A stretch of DNA of 64,000 bases, taken from Planctomycetota bacterium. Lineage in GTDB: Bacteria > Planctomycetota > MHYJ01 > WSZJ01. Below, piece after piece: positions 19,270 to 28,427 of the stretch. The number at the start of each line of letters is the position of its first letter. Position 1 is the stretch's first letter. Where the stretch lies: contig JBBTCT010000022.1 of assembly GCA_038060895.1 (NCBI GenBank), positions 64,001-128,000 of the forward strand. Direction: 5' to 3'. The notes under the pieces are model-generated. The model did no database searches. It saw only the letters and a list, made by a program, of their open reading frames with translations, and had not been told where the DNA came from. Made by a program: the position numbers and the translations under genes.

Positions 19270-20390
19270 TCGAATTCTCCCCGGAAGAAACCGAGTTCCG
19301 CGCTTCAGTTGCGCGCTTCGTGGACGCCGAGATCGTCCCGGCCGCCGCGGCGCTGGACGAGCGGCAGGAATTTCCGCGCGAGCTGTTTCTGCGCATCGGC
19401 CGGCTCGAGTATTTCGGCCTGCGGTACCCCGAGGCCGCGGGCGGCAGCGGCGCGGGGTTCGCGACGTACTGCATTCTCGCGGAAGAGCTGGCGCGCGGCT
19501 CGATGAGCGTCGCGGCGATGACGGCGATGCAGGCGATGATGGGGACGGACTTCCTGTTCCGCTTCGGCACGCCCGACCAGCACGAGCGGCTCTTCAAGCC
19601 CGCGCTGCGTGGGGAGAAGATCGGCGCGTTCTGCCTGACCGAACCGGACGCGGGGTCGGACCTCGCGAGGATCGCGACGACGGCGAAGGAGACGCCTGCG
19701 GGCTGGCGGCTCTCGGGGAGCAAGTTCTGGGTCACGAGCGGGACCGTCGCGGACTTCTTCACGGTCGCCGCTTCGGTCGACAGGACGAAAGGGCTCAAGG
19801 GGCTGAAGTTCTTCCTGGTCGAGCGCGGCGCGCCCGGGCTCGTCGTCGGGCGCAAAATAAAAACATTGGGCAACTGGGGGGGCGAGACGACCGAGCTGTC
19901 GCTCGACGACGCGCCCGCCGCGAAACTCGGCGACGCCGGTCTCGAAGATCTCGGCAAACTCCTCAACCAGATCCGCGTCATGACCGGCGCGCTGTCCCTC
20001 GGCCTCGCCCGCGCCGCGCTCGACGAAGCCACCCGTTACTCGAAGGAACGCATCTGCTTCGGCCAGCCGATCGCGAATTTCCAGGCTCTCCGCCACCTCA
20101 TCGCCCAGTCCTGGGCCGACCTCGAAACCTCCCGCCTCGCGGTTTACCAGGCCGCGCGCATGATCGAGCGCAACCAGAAGTGCGGCGCCCAGGCCGCCGC
20201 CGCGAAACTCGTGGCCTCCGAAATGGCCAACCGCGCTGCCGACACCGCCCTGCGCGTCCTCGGCGGCGCCGGATTCGCCATGGAGCACGCCGCGCAGCGG
20301 TATTATCGCGACGCGCGGTTCCTGCTCATCGGCGGCGGAACGTCCGAAATCCTCCGGAACGTCATTGCGAAAGAACTGCTCGGCGACTGA
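19266..20390 (+). CDS. Acyl-CoA dehydrogenase; probable decarboxylating (2-amino)benzylmalonyl-CoA dehydrogenase (IaaF-like)
   Basis: AFCLTEPDAGSD, GSKFWVT, FGQPIANFQ, LGGAG, YYRDAR; IGGGTSEI and LNQIR lack Glu at both usual catalytic positions. Confidence 0.9.
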   Translation: MIEFSPEETEFRASVARFVDAEIVPAAAALDERQEFPRELFLRIGRLEYFGLRYPEAAGGSGAGFATYCILAEELARGSMSVAAMTAMQAMMGTDFLFRFGTPDQHERLFKPALRGEKIGAFCLTEPDAGSDLARIATTAKETPAGWRLSGSKFWVTSGTVADFFTVAASVDRTKGLKGLKFFLVERGAPGLVVGRKIKTLGNWGGETTELSLDDAPAAKLGDAGLEDLGKLLNQIRVMTGALSLGLARAALDEATRYSKERICFGQPIANFQALRHLIAQSWADLETSRLAVYQAARMIERNQKCGAQAAAAKLVASEMANRAADTALRVLGGAGFAMEHAAQRYYRDARFLLIGGGTSEILRNVIAKELLGD

Positions 20391-20441
20391 AGCGCAGACA
20401 AGAGACTCGCCATTCCCGCCATCCCTGTTTCGAGGTTCACC

Positions 20442-21146
20442 ATGACGCCGGAAATCGCCGCTCTCAAGCCTGCCCCCGTCCAGGTTTTCGTCGTCCCTCC
20501 CATCCCACCGCCGCAGCGCCACCCGATGATCTTCGGCGCGTTCGAGAAACTCGCTCCCGGGGAATCGGTCGTGCTCGTCAACGACCACGACCCTCGCCCT
20601 CTCCACATGCAATTCCAGACCCGCTGCGCCGGTCGCTTCGAATGGCTCTACCTCGAGTCAGGTCCTTCGCGCTGGCAGGTCCGGATTCTGTGCACGGCGG
20701 CGGCGCCCGCCGGGGCCGCGCCAGCGCCGGCTCTCGCAGGAGGTTGCGGTGGCCATGGACCCGCGGCCCCGCCGGCGGCGCCGACCGTCTTTCGTCCCGC
20801 GGACCGCGCGCAATACCGGCCGGAGAAGTTCAACCCGCTCGTTCTCGCGCAGACGCCGCGCATGAAAGTCGTCCTGGCGTGCTTCGAGCCGGGCCAGTTC
20901 ATCCCCGTTCATTCACCCGGAATCGATCTGGCGCTCTATGTCATCGAGGGGCGCGGCACCTGCCAGGTCGGCCCTGAAGAACGCGCCGTCCAGGCGGGGG
21001 ACCTCGTCTGGGTGCCGGCGGGCGAGAAGCGCGGCATCCGCGCGGAGACCCGGATGTCGGTGCTGCACATGGTCGCTCCGCCGCCGACCGACGCGGACCA
21101 CTCCGAAGTGCACACGGGAATTGCCCGGGGGACCTGGAAGAGCTGA
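20442..21146 (+). CDS. DUF2249 domain fused to a cupin domain
   Basis: IPPPQRHPMIFGAFEKL.PGE..VLVNDHDPRPL..QF...YLESGP..W, then FEPGQFIPVHSP...YVIEGRG...GDLVWVPAGEKRGI. Confidence 0.85.
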   Translation: MTPEIAALKPAPVQVFVVPPIPPPQRHPMIFGAFEKLAPGESVVLVNDHDPRPLHMQFQTRCAGRFEWLYLESGPSRWQVRILCTAAAPAGAAPAPALAGGCGGHGPAAPPAAPTVFRPADRAQYRPEKFNPLVLAQTPRMKVVLACFEPGQFIPVHSPGIDLALYVIEGRGTCQVGPEERAVQAGDLVWVPAGEKRGIRAETRMSVLHMVAPPPTDADHSEVHTGIARGTWKS

Positions 21147-21299
21147 GCAAGCGAGGGGGGACGGAGGCCGCCGGATGCCGACGGCGAGTCCCGGCGACCC
21201 GTTCTCGAGCGGCCCTTCAGGGCGCCATGAAGAATGGGTGATGTTTTTCCCGATCCGGAAACCCGTACCGCTCCGCGCCTGTATGAGCGCGGTGGCGGA

Positions 21300-22040
21300 A
21301 TGAAAAACAAGGAACCTCACATGCGTGTTGCCGCTTCAGCTCTCCTTGTCCTGCTTCCCGTCACCCTGCTCGCCCAGGAGCCTCCCGCGCCTCCGTCCCA
21401 GAAGGAGGCCGACGCGCGCGTCGCCGCGCTGAAGGAGGCGTACAAGGGGGACTCCGACGCGGCGAAGAAAGAGGCGATCGCTGCGTGCGCCGACTGCCCG
21501 CACGCGACGGTCGCAGCCGCGCTTGCGCCGCTGCTGGTGTCCGGCGCCGACGAGCTTCGCATCGCCGTCGCCCAGGTCCTGGGGAAAATGGCGGGCTTCG
21601 CCGACGCCGCCAGGGCGCTTCACTCCGGCCTGAAACCCAACGAAAAGCAGGACAAAGTGCTGCGCGCCGTATTCGAAGGGATCGCCCGCGTCGGCCACGC
21701 CTCTTCGGTCGGCATTCTCGAAAAGTGGATCGACGACCGGCTCGACCTGCGCGACTCGGAAGAAGTGCCGGGCGTGATCCTGGCGTTCGACGTGCTGGGA
21801 TTCCTGAAGTTCAAGGCGAGCGTGGACGTCATCCTGGAGCTGTGCGACAAGAAGAAAGTCTCGGGCGAAGGGGCCGGGACCGGCGGCGGGTACAAGCTGA
21901 AATGCGGGAAACACGCGGAGGCCGCGCTCGTGCGCCTGACGGGGCAGGAAGCGTTCGGCGACGTGGAATTGTGGAGGGACTGGTGGAAGAAGCACGCCCG
22001 GGACTACAAGGACGACATGAGCCCGCGGGAAGGCAAGTAG
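21300..22040 (+). CDS. Exported HEAT-repeat protein (start may be 21321)
   Basis: Signal peptide (ALLVLLPVTLLA-QE), LRIAVAQVLGKM repeats, AL.RLTGQ.FG...W..WWKKH C-terminus. Confidence 0.75.
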   Translation: MKNKEPHMRVAASALLVLLPVTLLAQEPPAPPSQKEADARVAALKEAYKGDSDAAKKEAIAACADCPHATVAAALAPLLVSGADELRIAVAQVLGKMAGFADAARALHSGLKPNEKQDKVLRAVFEGIARVGHASSVGILEKWIDDRLDLRDSEEVPGVILAFDVLGFLKFKASVDVILELCDKKKVSGEGAGTGGGYKLKCGKHAEAALVRLTGQEAFGDVELWRDWWKKHARDYKDDMSPREGK

Positions 22041-22088
22041 GGAGGATCTCCCGACTTGTTGCGGGCGGCGCGCGAAGAAGGGCCAGTC

Positions 22089-22163
22089 GGTAGGGGGTAG
22101 TTGGTAGGGGGTAGGTATGTCTCCTGCGACAGCGGTCGTTCCTACCCACTACCCCCTACCCCC
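22089..22163. repeat. Imperfect inverted heptamer-repeat hairpin (GGTAGGG / CCCTACC) between convergent genes
   Basis: GGTAGGGGGTAGTTGGTAGGGGGTAGG faces CCTACCCACTACCCCCTACCCCC; likely a bidirectional terminator or RNA stabiliser. Confidence 0.6.
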
Positions 22164-22171
22164 TGCCGTTC

Positions 22172-22612
22172 CTACTTTGCAGCGAATAGCTTCGCCCCCA
22201 CGATCTCCACCAGGATCTCCGGCTGCGGACACGCGTGACCTTCGCCGGAACCGCTTCCTTCTCCGCCCTTGGCCGCTCCCATCACGCGCACCACGCCCTG
22301 CACCAGCACGCGCTGCCCGACGCAGTCTTTGGGGAAGAGGACTGAATCGTTGAGGCTCTTCGCGATCGTCTTTCCCTTCCCGTCATCGACTTCCACCCAG
22401 CAGCCACGGCCCTGGCAGACGCCACGGACGGTGCCCTCGATCTGAACTTGCTTGCCCTTGAGCGCCTCGTTGAGGTCTGCCACCGGAGTGACGGTCCCCC
22501 TGTCGAACTTCGCGCCGCCTTCCCAGGCCGCCGCAGAGGGGGTTTCTTCCGTGGTGCTGCAGGCCGCGAGGACAAGCGCCGCCAGGCAGGCCGTTGCCGT
22601 TTTCAGTCTCAT
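22172..22612 (-). CDS. DUF4920-like lipoprotein
   Basis: Lipobox LAAC; IEGTVRGVCQGRGCWVEV, FPKD..G..V.V.G. Confidence 0.75.
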   Translation of the reverse strand: MRLKTATACLAALVLAACSTTEETPSAAAWEGGAKFDRGTVTPVADLNEALKGKQVQIEGTVRGVCQGRGCWVEVDDGKGKTIAKSLNDSVLFPKDCVGQRVLVQGVVRVMGAAKGGEGSGSGEGHACPQPEILVEIVGAKLFAAK

Positions 22613-24612
22613 TCGTTTCTCCTTTGGAGGGAATCGTTGCGGATCACCAGCGCGTCCACGCCTTTCAGGCTTTTCGCGGAAGCGATCACAGGGTTGGCGT
22701 CAACTTCGAGAACATCGGGGTGCCTCTTCATCCAGCGCGCGAGCGCTGCGATCGCCCTGGCGACTGCGGGGATCGCTTCGGGAAGCCGCGCGGCGAGGCG
22801 TGCGCCCGCTTTTGTTTCGGCGATCATCGAACGCGCTTCGGCCGCCGTGACCGCGCCGACGCGGAGGGCGACGTCGCGAGTCTGTTCGGTCCAGATGCCA
22901 CCGCTTCCGAACATCACGACCGGGCCGAACGTGGGGTCGCGGCGGGCGCCGATCAGCAATTCGTGGCCGCCCGGAGGGAGCATTTCCTGCACGACGGCTC
23001 CGGCGCCGAAGGCGCGCTCGAGTTTTTTCCACGCGGCGGCGAGGGTCTTTTCCGTGACGCCGAGGAACACGCCGCCGCGTCCCGACTTGTGGGGGCCGGC
23101 GTGAAGAGCCTTGAGGGCGACGGTGCCGCCGAAGCGGCGGAGGAGGCGTCGGGCTTCGGCGAGGGAGGAGGCGGTGGCCTGGCGGCACATGGGGATGCCG
23201 GCGTTTTCGAGGAGCTTTGCAGACTCGTACGGGTCGGCGGCGCGGCCCGCGGCGGGCGCGGCGGGTTCGGCAGGCTGGCTCGCGCCCCGGTTCAGGAGGG
23301 CGAACGCGCGGACGGCGCGCTCGGGCGTCGGGAACACGGGGATGCCGGCGTCGGTGAAGGCTTTCTGGATCAACGGAACGTCGAGCGTGAACGCGAGCAC
23401 GGGGACTTTTGCCTTCGCCTGCGCGAACGCGGCGCCGAACTGCAACCGGTCGAGGCCGACGTTGATGGCAAGCAGGGCGCCGATCTGCGGGTCCGAGGCG
23501 ACGGCCGCGACGGCGGCGGGGAAGCGTTCCGGGTCGCACTGGGGTGTCATGTCCACGGGATTGCGGAGCGCGCCGAACTCGGGGACGAGCGCCTTGAGAG
23601 CGGTCTGCGTCCCGGGCCCCAGCTCCGGCATCCAGACGCCCGCTTCTTCCGCCGCGTCGGCCGCCGCGACGCACGGGCCTCCCGAGATCGTCACGACCGC
23701 GAGCCCCTTCCCCACGGAAAGCCCTTTCGGATACGCGCTGTACGCCGCGAGGGCGTCGAAGAATTCGTCGGTGTCGCGGGCGACGACGGCGCCCGCCTGC
23801 CGCAAGGCGGCTCGGACGACGTCGCCATCGCCGGCCATGGAGCCGGTGTGGGACTGTGCGGCGCGCCGGCCCGCGACGGTGCGGCCCACCTTGAAGGCGA
23901 CGACGGCCTTCGTGCGGCAAAGGCGGCGGCAGGTTTCGAGAAAACGCGGGCCGTCCTTGATCTCTTCGACGAAAAGGCCGACGACCTCGGTGCGAGGGTC
24001 CGACTCGAGCCAGTCCATCACGTCGGCGTGGGTGATGTCGGCCTGGTTGCCGATGGAGGCGAAGACCGAGACGCCGATCGAGCGCCGGCGGAGTTCGCCG
24101 AAGAGGAGCCCGCCGTAGGCGCCGGACTGCGAGACGAACGCGAGGTTCCCCTCGCGACGCGGCAACTCCCAGAAGTAGGTCGCGTTGAGCCGGCCGGGGA
24201 GGTTGTAGACGCCCATGCAGTTCGGTCCGAGGAGGCGCAGGCCGGACTTGCGGACTTCTTCCTGAAGAGCCTTTCCGTCGCCGCCCATCTCCCCGAATCC
24301 GCTTGCGAGAATGACGGCCGCCTTCGAACCGCGCGCGGCGGCGTCGCGGATTGCGCCGGGCACGCAGCGGTTGGGTATGGAGAGGAGCACGAGGTCGGGC
24401 GCGACCGGGAGCGAGCGGACGTCGGGGAAGACGGTTCTTCCGAGAATCTCGCCGCCGGACGGGTTGACGGGGAAGACCTCTCCTTCGAAACCGTAGTCGA
24501 GCACGTTCTTCAACAGGACGTGCCCCAGCTTGGCCGGGTCTCGGGAAGCGCCGACCACCGCGATGGAGCGCGGGCGAAACAGCGGGTCCAGCGCGCGCGA
24601 GGGCGCGGTCAT
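22609..24612 (-). CDS. ADP-forming acyl-CoA synthetase (acetate-CoA ligase family, fused alpha/beta)
   Basis: LFRPRSIAVVGAS, RLLGPNCMG, SQSG, SIGNQAD, AAQSHTGSMAG (phospho-His), NPVDM, RDPTFGPVVMFG, EVDANP. Confidence 0.9.
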   Translation of the reverse strand: MTAPSRALDPLFRPRSIAVVGASRDPAKLGHVLLKNVLDYGFEGEVFPVNPSGGEILGRTVFPDVRSLPVAPDLVLLSIPNRCVPGAIRDAAARGSKAAVILASGFGEMGGDGKALQEEVRKSGLRLLGPNCMGVYNLPGRLNATYFWELPRREGNLAFVSQSGAYGGLLFGELRRRSIGVSVFASIGNQADITHADVMDWLESDPRTEVVGLFVEEIKDGPRFLETCRRLCRTKAVVAFKVGRTVAGRRAAQSHTGSMAGDGDVVRAALRQAGAVVARDTDEFFDALAAYSAYPKGLSVGKGLAVVTISGGPCVAAADAAEEAGVWMPELGPGTQTALKALVPEFGALRNPVDMTPQCDPERFPAAVAAVASDPQIGALLAINVGLDRLQFGAAFAQAKAKVPVLAFTLDVPLIQKAFTDAGIPVFPTPERAVRAFALLNRGASQPAEPAAPAAGRAADPYESAKLLENAGIPMCRQATASSLAEARRLLRRFGGTVALKALHAGPHKSGRGGVFLGVTEKTLAAAWKKLERAFGAGAVVQEMLPPGGHELLIGARRDPTFGPVVMFGSGGIWTEQTRDVALRVGAVTAAEARSMIAETKAGARLAARLPEAIPAVARAIAALARWMKRHPDVLEVDANPVIASAKSLKGVDALVIRNDSLQRRNE

Positions 24613-24679
24613 TGCCGGATGTGCCGTTGCGCTGCCCGTCACTTGCGCCTCCGTTCTGAAAGGAACGAAACTCTCGCTT

Positions 24680-25066
24680 TTACAGGACGGCAAACCCCTC
24701 GATTTCCACCTTCGCTCCCGCTTCCACAAACCCCGCGACCTGCAGGCACGTCATCGCGGGATAGTGCTTCCCCATGATCCGTTTGTACTCGGGGCCGAGC
24801 GACTTGAGCGACGCGTTGTACTCGTCCTTCGAGCCGATGAAGATCGCCAGCCGGACGATGTTCTCCGCCCGCCCGCCCGCGGCCTTCACGACGTCCACCA
24901 CATTCTGAAGCGCCTGCGCGAACTGTTTCACGAAGTCGTCGCCGACGAGTTTCGAATCCTTGTCCCATCCCACCTGACCGGCGACCGCGAGGAACGTTCC
25001 CGTCGCCTTGACGCCGTTGTTGTATCCGAGCGGTTTCGCCCAGCCGGGCGGATTAACGATTTCCAC
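24680..25066 (-). CDS. RidA/YjgF family enamine/imine deaminase
   Basis: AVAGQVGWD, QFAQALQNV, MGKHYPAMT, KVEIEG. Confidence 0.9.
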   Translation of the reverse strand: MEIVNPPGWAKPLGYNNGVKATGTFLAVAGQVGWDKDSKLVGDDFVKQFAQALQNVVDVVKAAGGRAENIVRLAIFIGSKDEYNASLKSLGPEYKRIMGKHYPAMTCLQVAGFVEAGAKVEIEGFAVL

Positions 25067-27251
25067 GAAGGGCTCTCCACACTCTTTCAGGGGTCATCGG
25101 GAACTCGCGCATCCGGACGCCCGTCGCGTCCGCGATCGCATTTGCAATCGCCGGCCCGATCGGGACGATCGGCGCCTCGCCGATGCCCTTCGCGCCGAAC
25201 GGCCCTTCGGGATCGTTGGTCTCGACGAGGACGGTCTCGATCTCGGGGATGTCGCGCAGTCCGGGCATGCGGTAGTCGAGGAAGAACCCGTTCTGCATCT
25301 TGCCGTCTTTGAGGACGCACTCTTCGAACAGGGCGTAGCCGAGGCCCTGGATCACGCCGCCTTCGACCTGCCCTTCGGCGTGCATCGGGTTAATCGCCTT
25401 CCCGATGTCGTGAGCCGCGACGATGCGCTTTACCACGACCTGCCCGGTCTCGGTGTCCACCTCGACCTCGACGCCGTGGCAGCCCCAGGTGTAGGCGGCG
25501 GAGACGTTGCCGTGGTTCGCCTTGTCGACCATCGTCGTGGGCGGGTCGTAGAAGACGCTCGCGACGATGAGGCGGCCTTTCTGGCGGAAGTGCTCGGCGC
25601 GGACGACCTTGTCGATCGACGCGTCGGCGGGGAGTTTCAGCGCCGCGCGGGCGTCCTCGATCTGCTTCTTTGCTTCCTTGGCCGCAAGCCGCACGGCGTT
25701 GCCGGCGATGAAAGTCGTGCGGGAGGCGTGGACGCCGACGTCCCAGAGGCGGATGTCCGTGTCGGCTTGCGTGGCGACCCGGACCATGGACACGGGGACG
25801 CCGATTTCGTCCGCGGCGATCTGGGCCATCGCGGTCTCCATCCCCTGGCCGATGTCCGTCGCGCCGACGATGACGACGACCTTGCCGAAATCGTCCACCT
25901 TGACGGTCGCGCCGCAACCGTCGCTCCGGTAGATGCGCGCGCCGCCGCCGACGTGGAACACCGCCGCAATGCCGATCCCGCGCCGCAGGTGCGGCAGCGC
26001 TGAAGCGGCCGGCCGTTTGAGGCGCGTCCTCACCGCCTCCAGGACTTCCTTGAACCCGCACGACGTGATCCGCCCGCCCGCCGGCGTCGTCTCCTCGGAG
26101 CGGTTCGCGTTTTTCAGCCGGAAATCGATCGGGTCGATGTGAAGCGCCTTCGCCAGTTCGTCCATCTGGGATTCCATGGCGAAGAGGAGTTCGGGATTGC
26201 CGAAGCCGCGGAACGCGCCGGTGGGCTGCGTGTTCGTGCAGACGGTCCGCGCCTTGTAACGCGCTGCGGGGCACTGGTAGAAGTTCCCGAAGGTGTTGAC
26301 CATGACGACCGGCGTCATGGCGCCCCACGAGACGTACGCGCCGCAGTCCACGAGGATGTCGGCGTCGCGGCCGAGCAGCGTGCCGTCGGCGGCCGCGGCC
26401 GTGCGCAGGCGGACGACGGTCCGCGGCCGGACCGGGTCGGTCTGGAAGTCCTCGTCACGCGAGAAGACGATCCGGACGGGCGTTCCGGTTTTCTTCGCGA
26501 GAAGCGCGACGATCGCCTCGTGCGGGTAGAGGTCGAGGCGCGCGCCGAACGCGCCGCCGATGCACGGCTGGACGAGCCGGATGTCCGCCGGAGAAATGTC
26601 GAGGGCTTCCGCGAGGTCGCGCTGGACGAGGAACGGGATCTGCGTCGGGTCGTGGAGCGTCAGACGGCCGTTCGCGTCCCACTCGGCGATCGCTCCGGCC
26701 GGCCCGAGGCACCCGTGCTGCTGCGCCGGCAGGATGAACGTCCCTTCGACGATCTTCGCCGCGTTCGAGAACGCTTCCTCGATCTTCCCGTGCTCGTAGT
26801 GGTGCGTCTGGACGAGGTTCGACCCGCGCGCTTCGTGCAGGACTGGCGCCCCCGGCTCCAGCGCCGCCTCCATCTCGTACACCGCCGGAAGCGGCTCGAT
26901 CAGCACCTTGATCCGCTCGCACGCCTCGATCGCCGCTTCGATGTCCGTCGCCGCGACCGCCGCGAGCTCGTCGCCGATCCGTCTCACGCGGTCGCCTTTC
27001 AGTGCCACCTGGTCCTTCGAGTACCCCCACACCTTCGCCGGGATGTCCTTCGCCGTCAGGATCGCCCGCACTCCCGGCACCTTCCACGCCTCCGTCACGT
27101 CAATCGACACGATCCGCCCGTGCGGCACCTTGCTCCGCAGGATCTTCGCCTCGAGCATCCCCGCCAGCCGCAGGTCCTGGACATACCGCGACTTGCCGGT
27201 CGCTTTGTCCGCCGCGTCAAGCTTGGGGACGCGTTGTCCGACGCTCTTCAC
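25053..27251 (-). CDS. Xanthine dehydrogenase-family molybdopterin-binding large subunit (IaaIJK-like hydroxylase by context)
   Basis: KATGKSRY, LRSKVPHGRI, IGGAFG, AFRGFGNP, DIGQG, EGQVEGG, GPFGAKGIGE. Confidence 0.92.
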   Translation of the reverse strand: MKSVGQRVPKLDAADKATGKSRYVQDLRLAGMLEAKILRSKVPHGRIVSIDVTEAWKVPGVRAILTAKDIPAKVWGYSKDQVALKGDRVRRIGDELAAVAATDIEAAIEACERIKVLIEPLPAVYEMEAALEPGAPVLHEARGSNLVQTHHYEHGKIEEAFSNAAKIVEGTFILPAQQHGCLGPAGAIAEWDANGRLTLHDPTQIPFLVQRDLAEALDISPADIRLVQPCIGGAFGARLDLYPHEAIVALLAKKTGTPVRIVFSRDEDFQTDPVRPRTVVRLRTAAAADGTLLGRDADILVDCGAYVSWGAMTPVVMVNTFGNFYQCPAARYKARTVCTNTQPTGAFRGFGNPELLFAMESQMDELAKALHIDPIDFRLKNANRSEETTPAGGRITSCGFKEVLEAVRTRLKRPAASALPHLRRGIGIAAVFHVGGGARIYRSDGCGATVKVDDFGKVVVIVGATDIGQGMETAMAQIAADEIGVPVSMVRVATQADTDIRLWDVGVHASRTTFIAGNAVRLAAKEAKKQIEDARAALKLPADASIDKVVRAEHFRQKGRLIVASVFYDPPTTMVDKANHGNVSAAYTWGCHGVEVEVDTETGQVVVKRIVAAHDIGKAINPMHAEGQVEGGVIQGLGYALFEECVLKDGKMQNGFFLDYRMPGLRDIPEIETVLVETNDPEGPFGAKGIGEAPIVPIGPAIANAIADATGVRMREFPMTPERVWRALRGNR

Positions 27252-27654
27252 GGATCGCCTCCTGGATCTTCTTGTACCCCGTGCACCGGCACAGGTTCCC
27301 CTCCGGCACGTCCTCCGTCTTCGCCGCGAGGATCATCCCCGGCGTGCAGAACCCGCACTGGATCGCCCCCTTCGCGATGAACGCCTCCTGCATCGGGTCG
27401 AGCTTTCCATTCTTCGCAAGGCCTTCGATCGTCGTGATGGAAGCGCCTTCCGCGTCCGGGGCGAGAACGAGGCACGAGACGAGCGGCTTGCCGTTCACGA
27501 GCACGGTGCACGCGCCGCAGTCTCCGGTCGAGCAGCCTTCGCGCACTCCGGCGAGCCCGAGGTCGTTGCGGAGGACCTCGAGCAGCGTCCGGTGCGGCTC
27601 GATCTCGAGCGCGACAATGTTCCCGTTCACCGTCATCGTGAGACTCCGCTTCAT
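27217..27654 (-). CDS. 2x[2Fe-2S] small subunit of the XDH-family enzyme
   Basis: GCSTGDCGACTV..SC, QCGFCTPG, GNLCRCTGY. Confidence 0.92.
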   Translation of the reverse strand: MKRSLTMTVNGNIVALEIEPHRTLLEVLRNDLGLAGVREGCSTGDCGACTVLVNGKPLVSCLVLAPDAEGASITTIEGLAKNGKLDPMQEAFIAKGAIQCGFCTPGMILAAKTEDVPEGNLCRCTGYKKIQEAIREERRTTRPQA

Positions 27655-28427
27655 GAGGCCACCCTTTCCAGCGCCCGCCTCACGAGCACGCGCACCATCT
27701 CCCGCCGGTATTCCGCTGAGGCCCGGATGTCGTCGATCGGCGAACAACGCCTCACGGCCTCTTCCACCGAGGGCGGCACCCGGATCGGAGTCGGGGAGAC
27801 CGCGCCAAGCGCGAGCCGCACGTCCTTGCCGACCGCGGCGCACGCGACGCTCACGAACGCGAGGTCCATCGCGCGGCGCGTGCAGAACTTGATGAAGCAG
27901 CCCCTGGCCGTCGCCGCGGGGATGCGGATTTCTTTCAGGATCTCGTCGGGTCCCAGCGCAGTCTTCCCGGGTCCCAGGAAGAACTCCCTGAGCGGGATCA
28001 GCCGCTCCCCCCGTGTCCCCCACACGTTCAGCGTCGCGTCGAGGCAGAGCAGGGGAGGCGCGAGGTCCGCCGCGGGGGATGCATTGCACAGATTGCCGCC
28101 CGCCGTCGACATCGCCCGGACCTGCGGCGATCCCATCTCGTGCACGGTCTCCACGAGCATCGGCCAGCGATTCGCCACGATTTCCGATGCCGCCAGCTCG
28201 TCGAGCGTCGTGAGCGGCCCTACGAACACGTGATCGCCGCGCTCCTCGACCCCGCGCAGCCCACCGATCCGCTTCAGGTTGATCACCCGGTCCACCGTCC
28301 ACTCGCGCCGCTTCAGCCGCACGAGCAGGTCCGTGCCGCCCGCCAGCAACCGGTTTCGCCCGGGGCGCGCCATCAGCGCCGAGGCCTCTTCCAGCGTGCG
28401 CGGCTCTTCGTAGTCGAACGCTCTCAT
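27651..28427 (-). CDS. FAD-binding medium subunit of the XDH-family enzyme
   Basis: FDYEEP, LAGGTDL, TAGGNLCNASPAAD, PIDDIRASAEYR; no HcrB-type [4Fe-4S] insertion. Confidence 0.92.
   Translation of the reverse strand: MRAFDYEEPRTLEEASALMARPGRNRLLAGGTDLLVRLKRREWTVDRVINLKRIGGLRGVEERGDHVFVGPLTTLDELAASEIVANRWPMLVETVHEMGSPQVRAMSTAGGNLCNASPAADLAPPLLCLDATLNVWGTRGERLIPLREFFLGPGKTALGPDEILKEIRIPAATARGCFIKFCTRRAMDLAFVSVACAAVGKDVRLALGAVSPTPIRVPPSVEEAVRRCSPIDDIRASAEYRREMVRVLVRRALERVAS

Noticed and set aside
25053-28427. 4-hydroxybenzoyl-CoA reductase (HcrABC)
   Set aside because: The FAD subunit lacks the extra [4Fe-4S] insertion of HcrB; the context fits a hydroxylase better. Not fully excluded without a tree.
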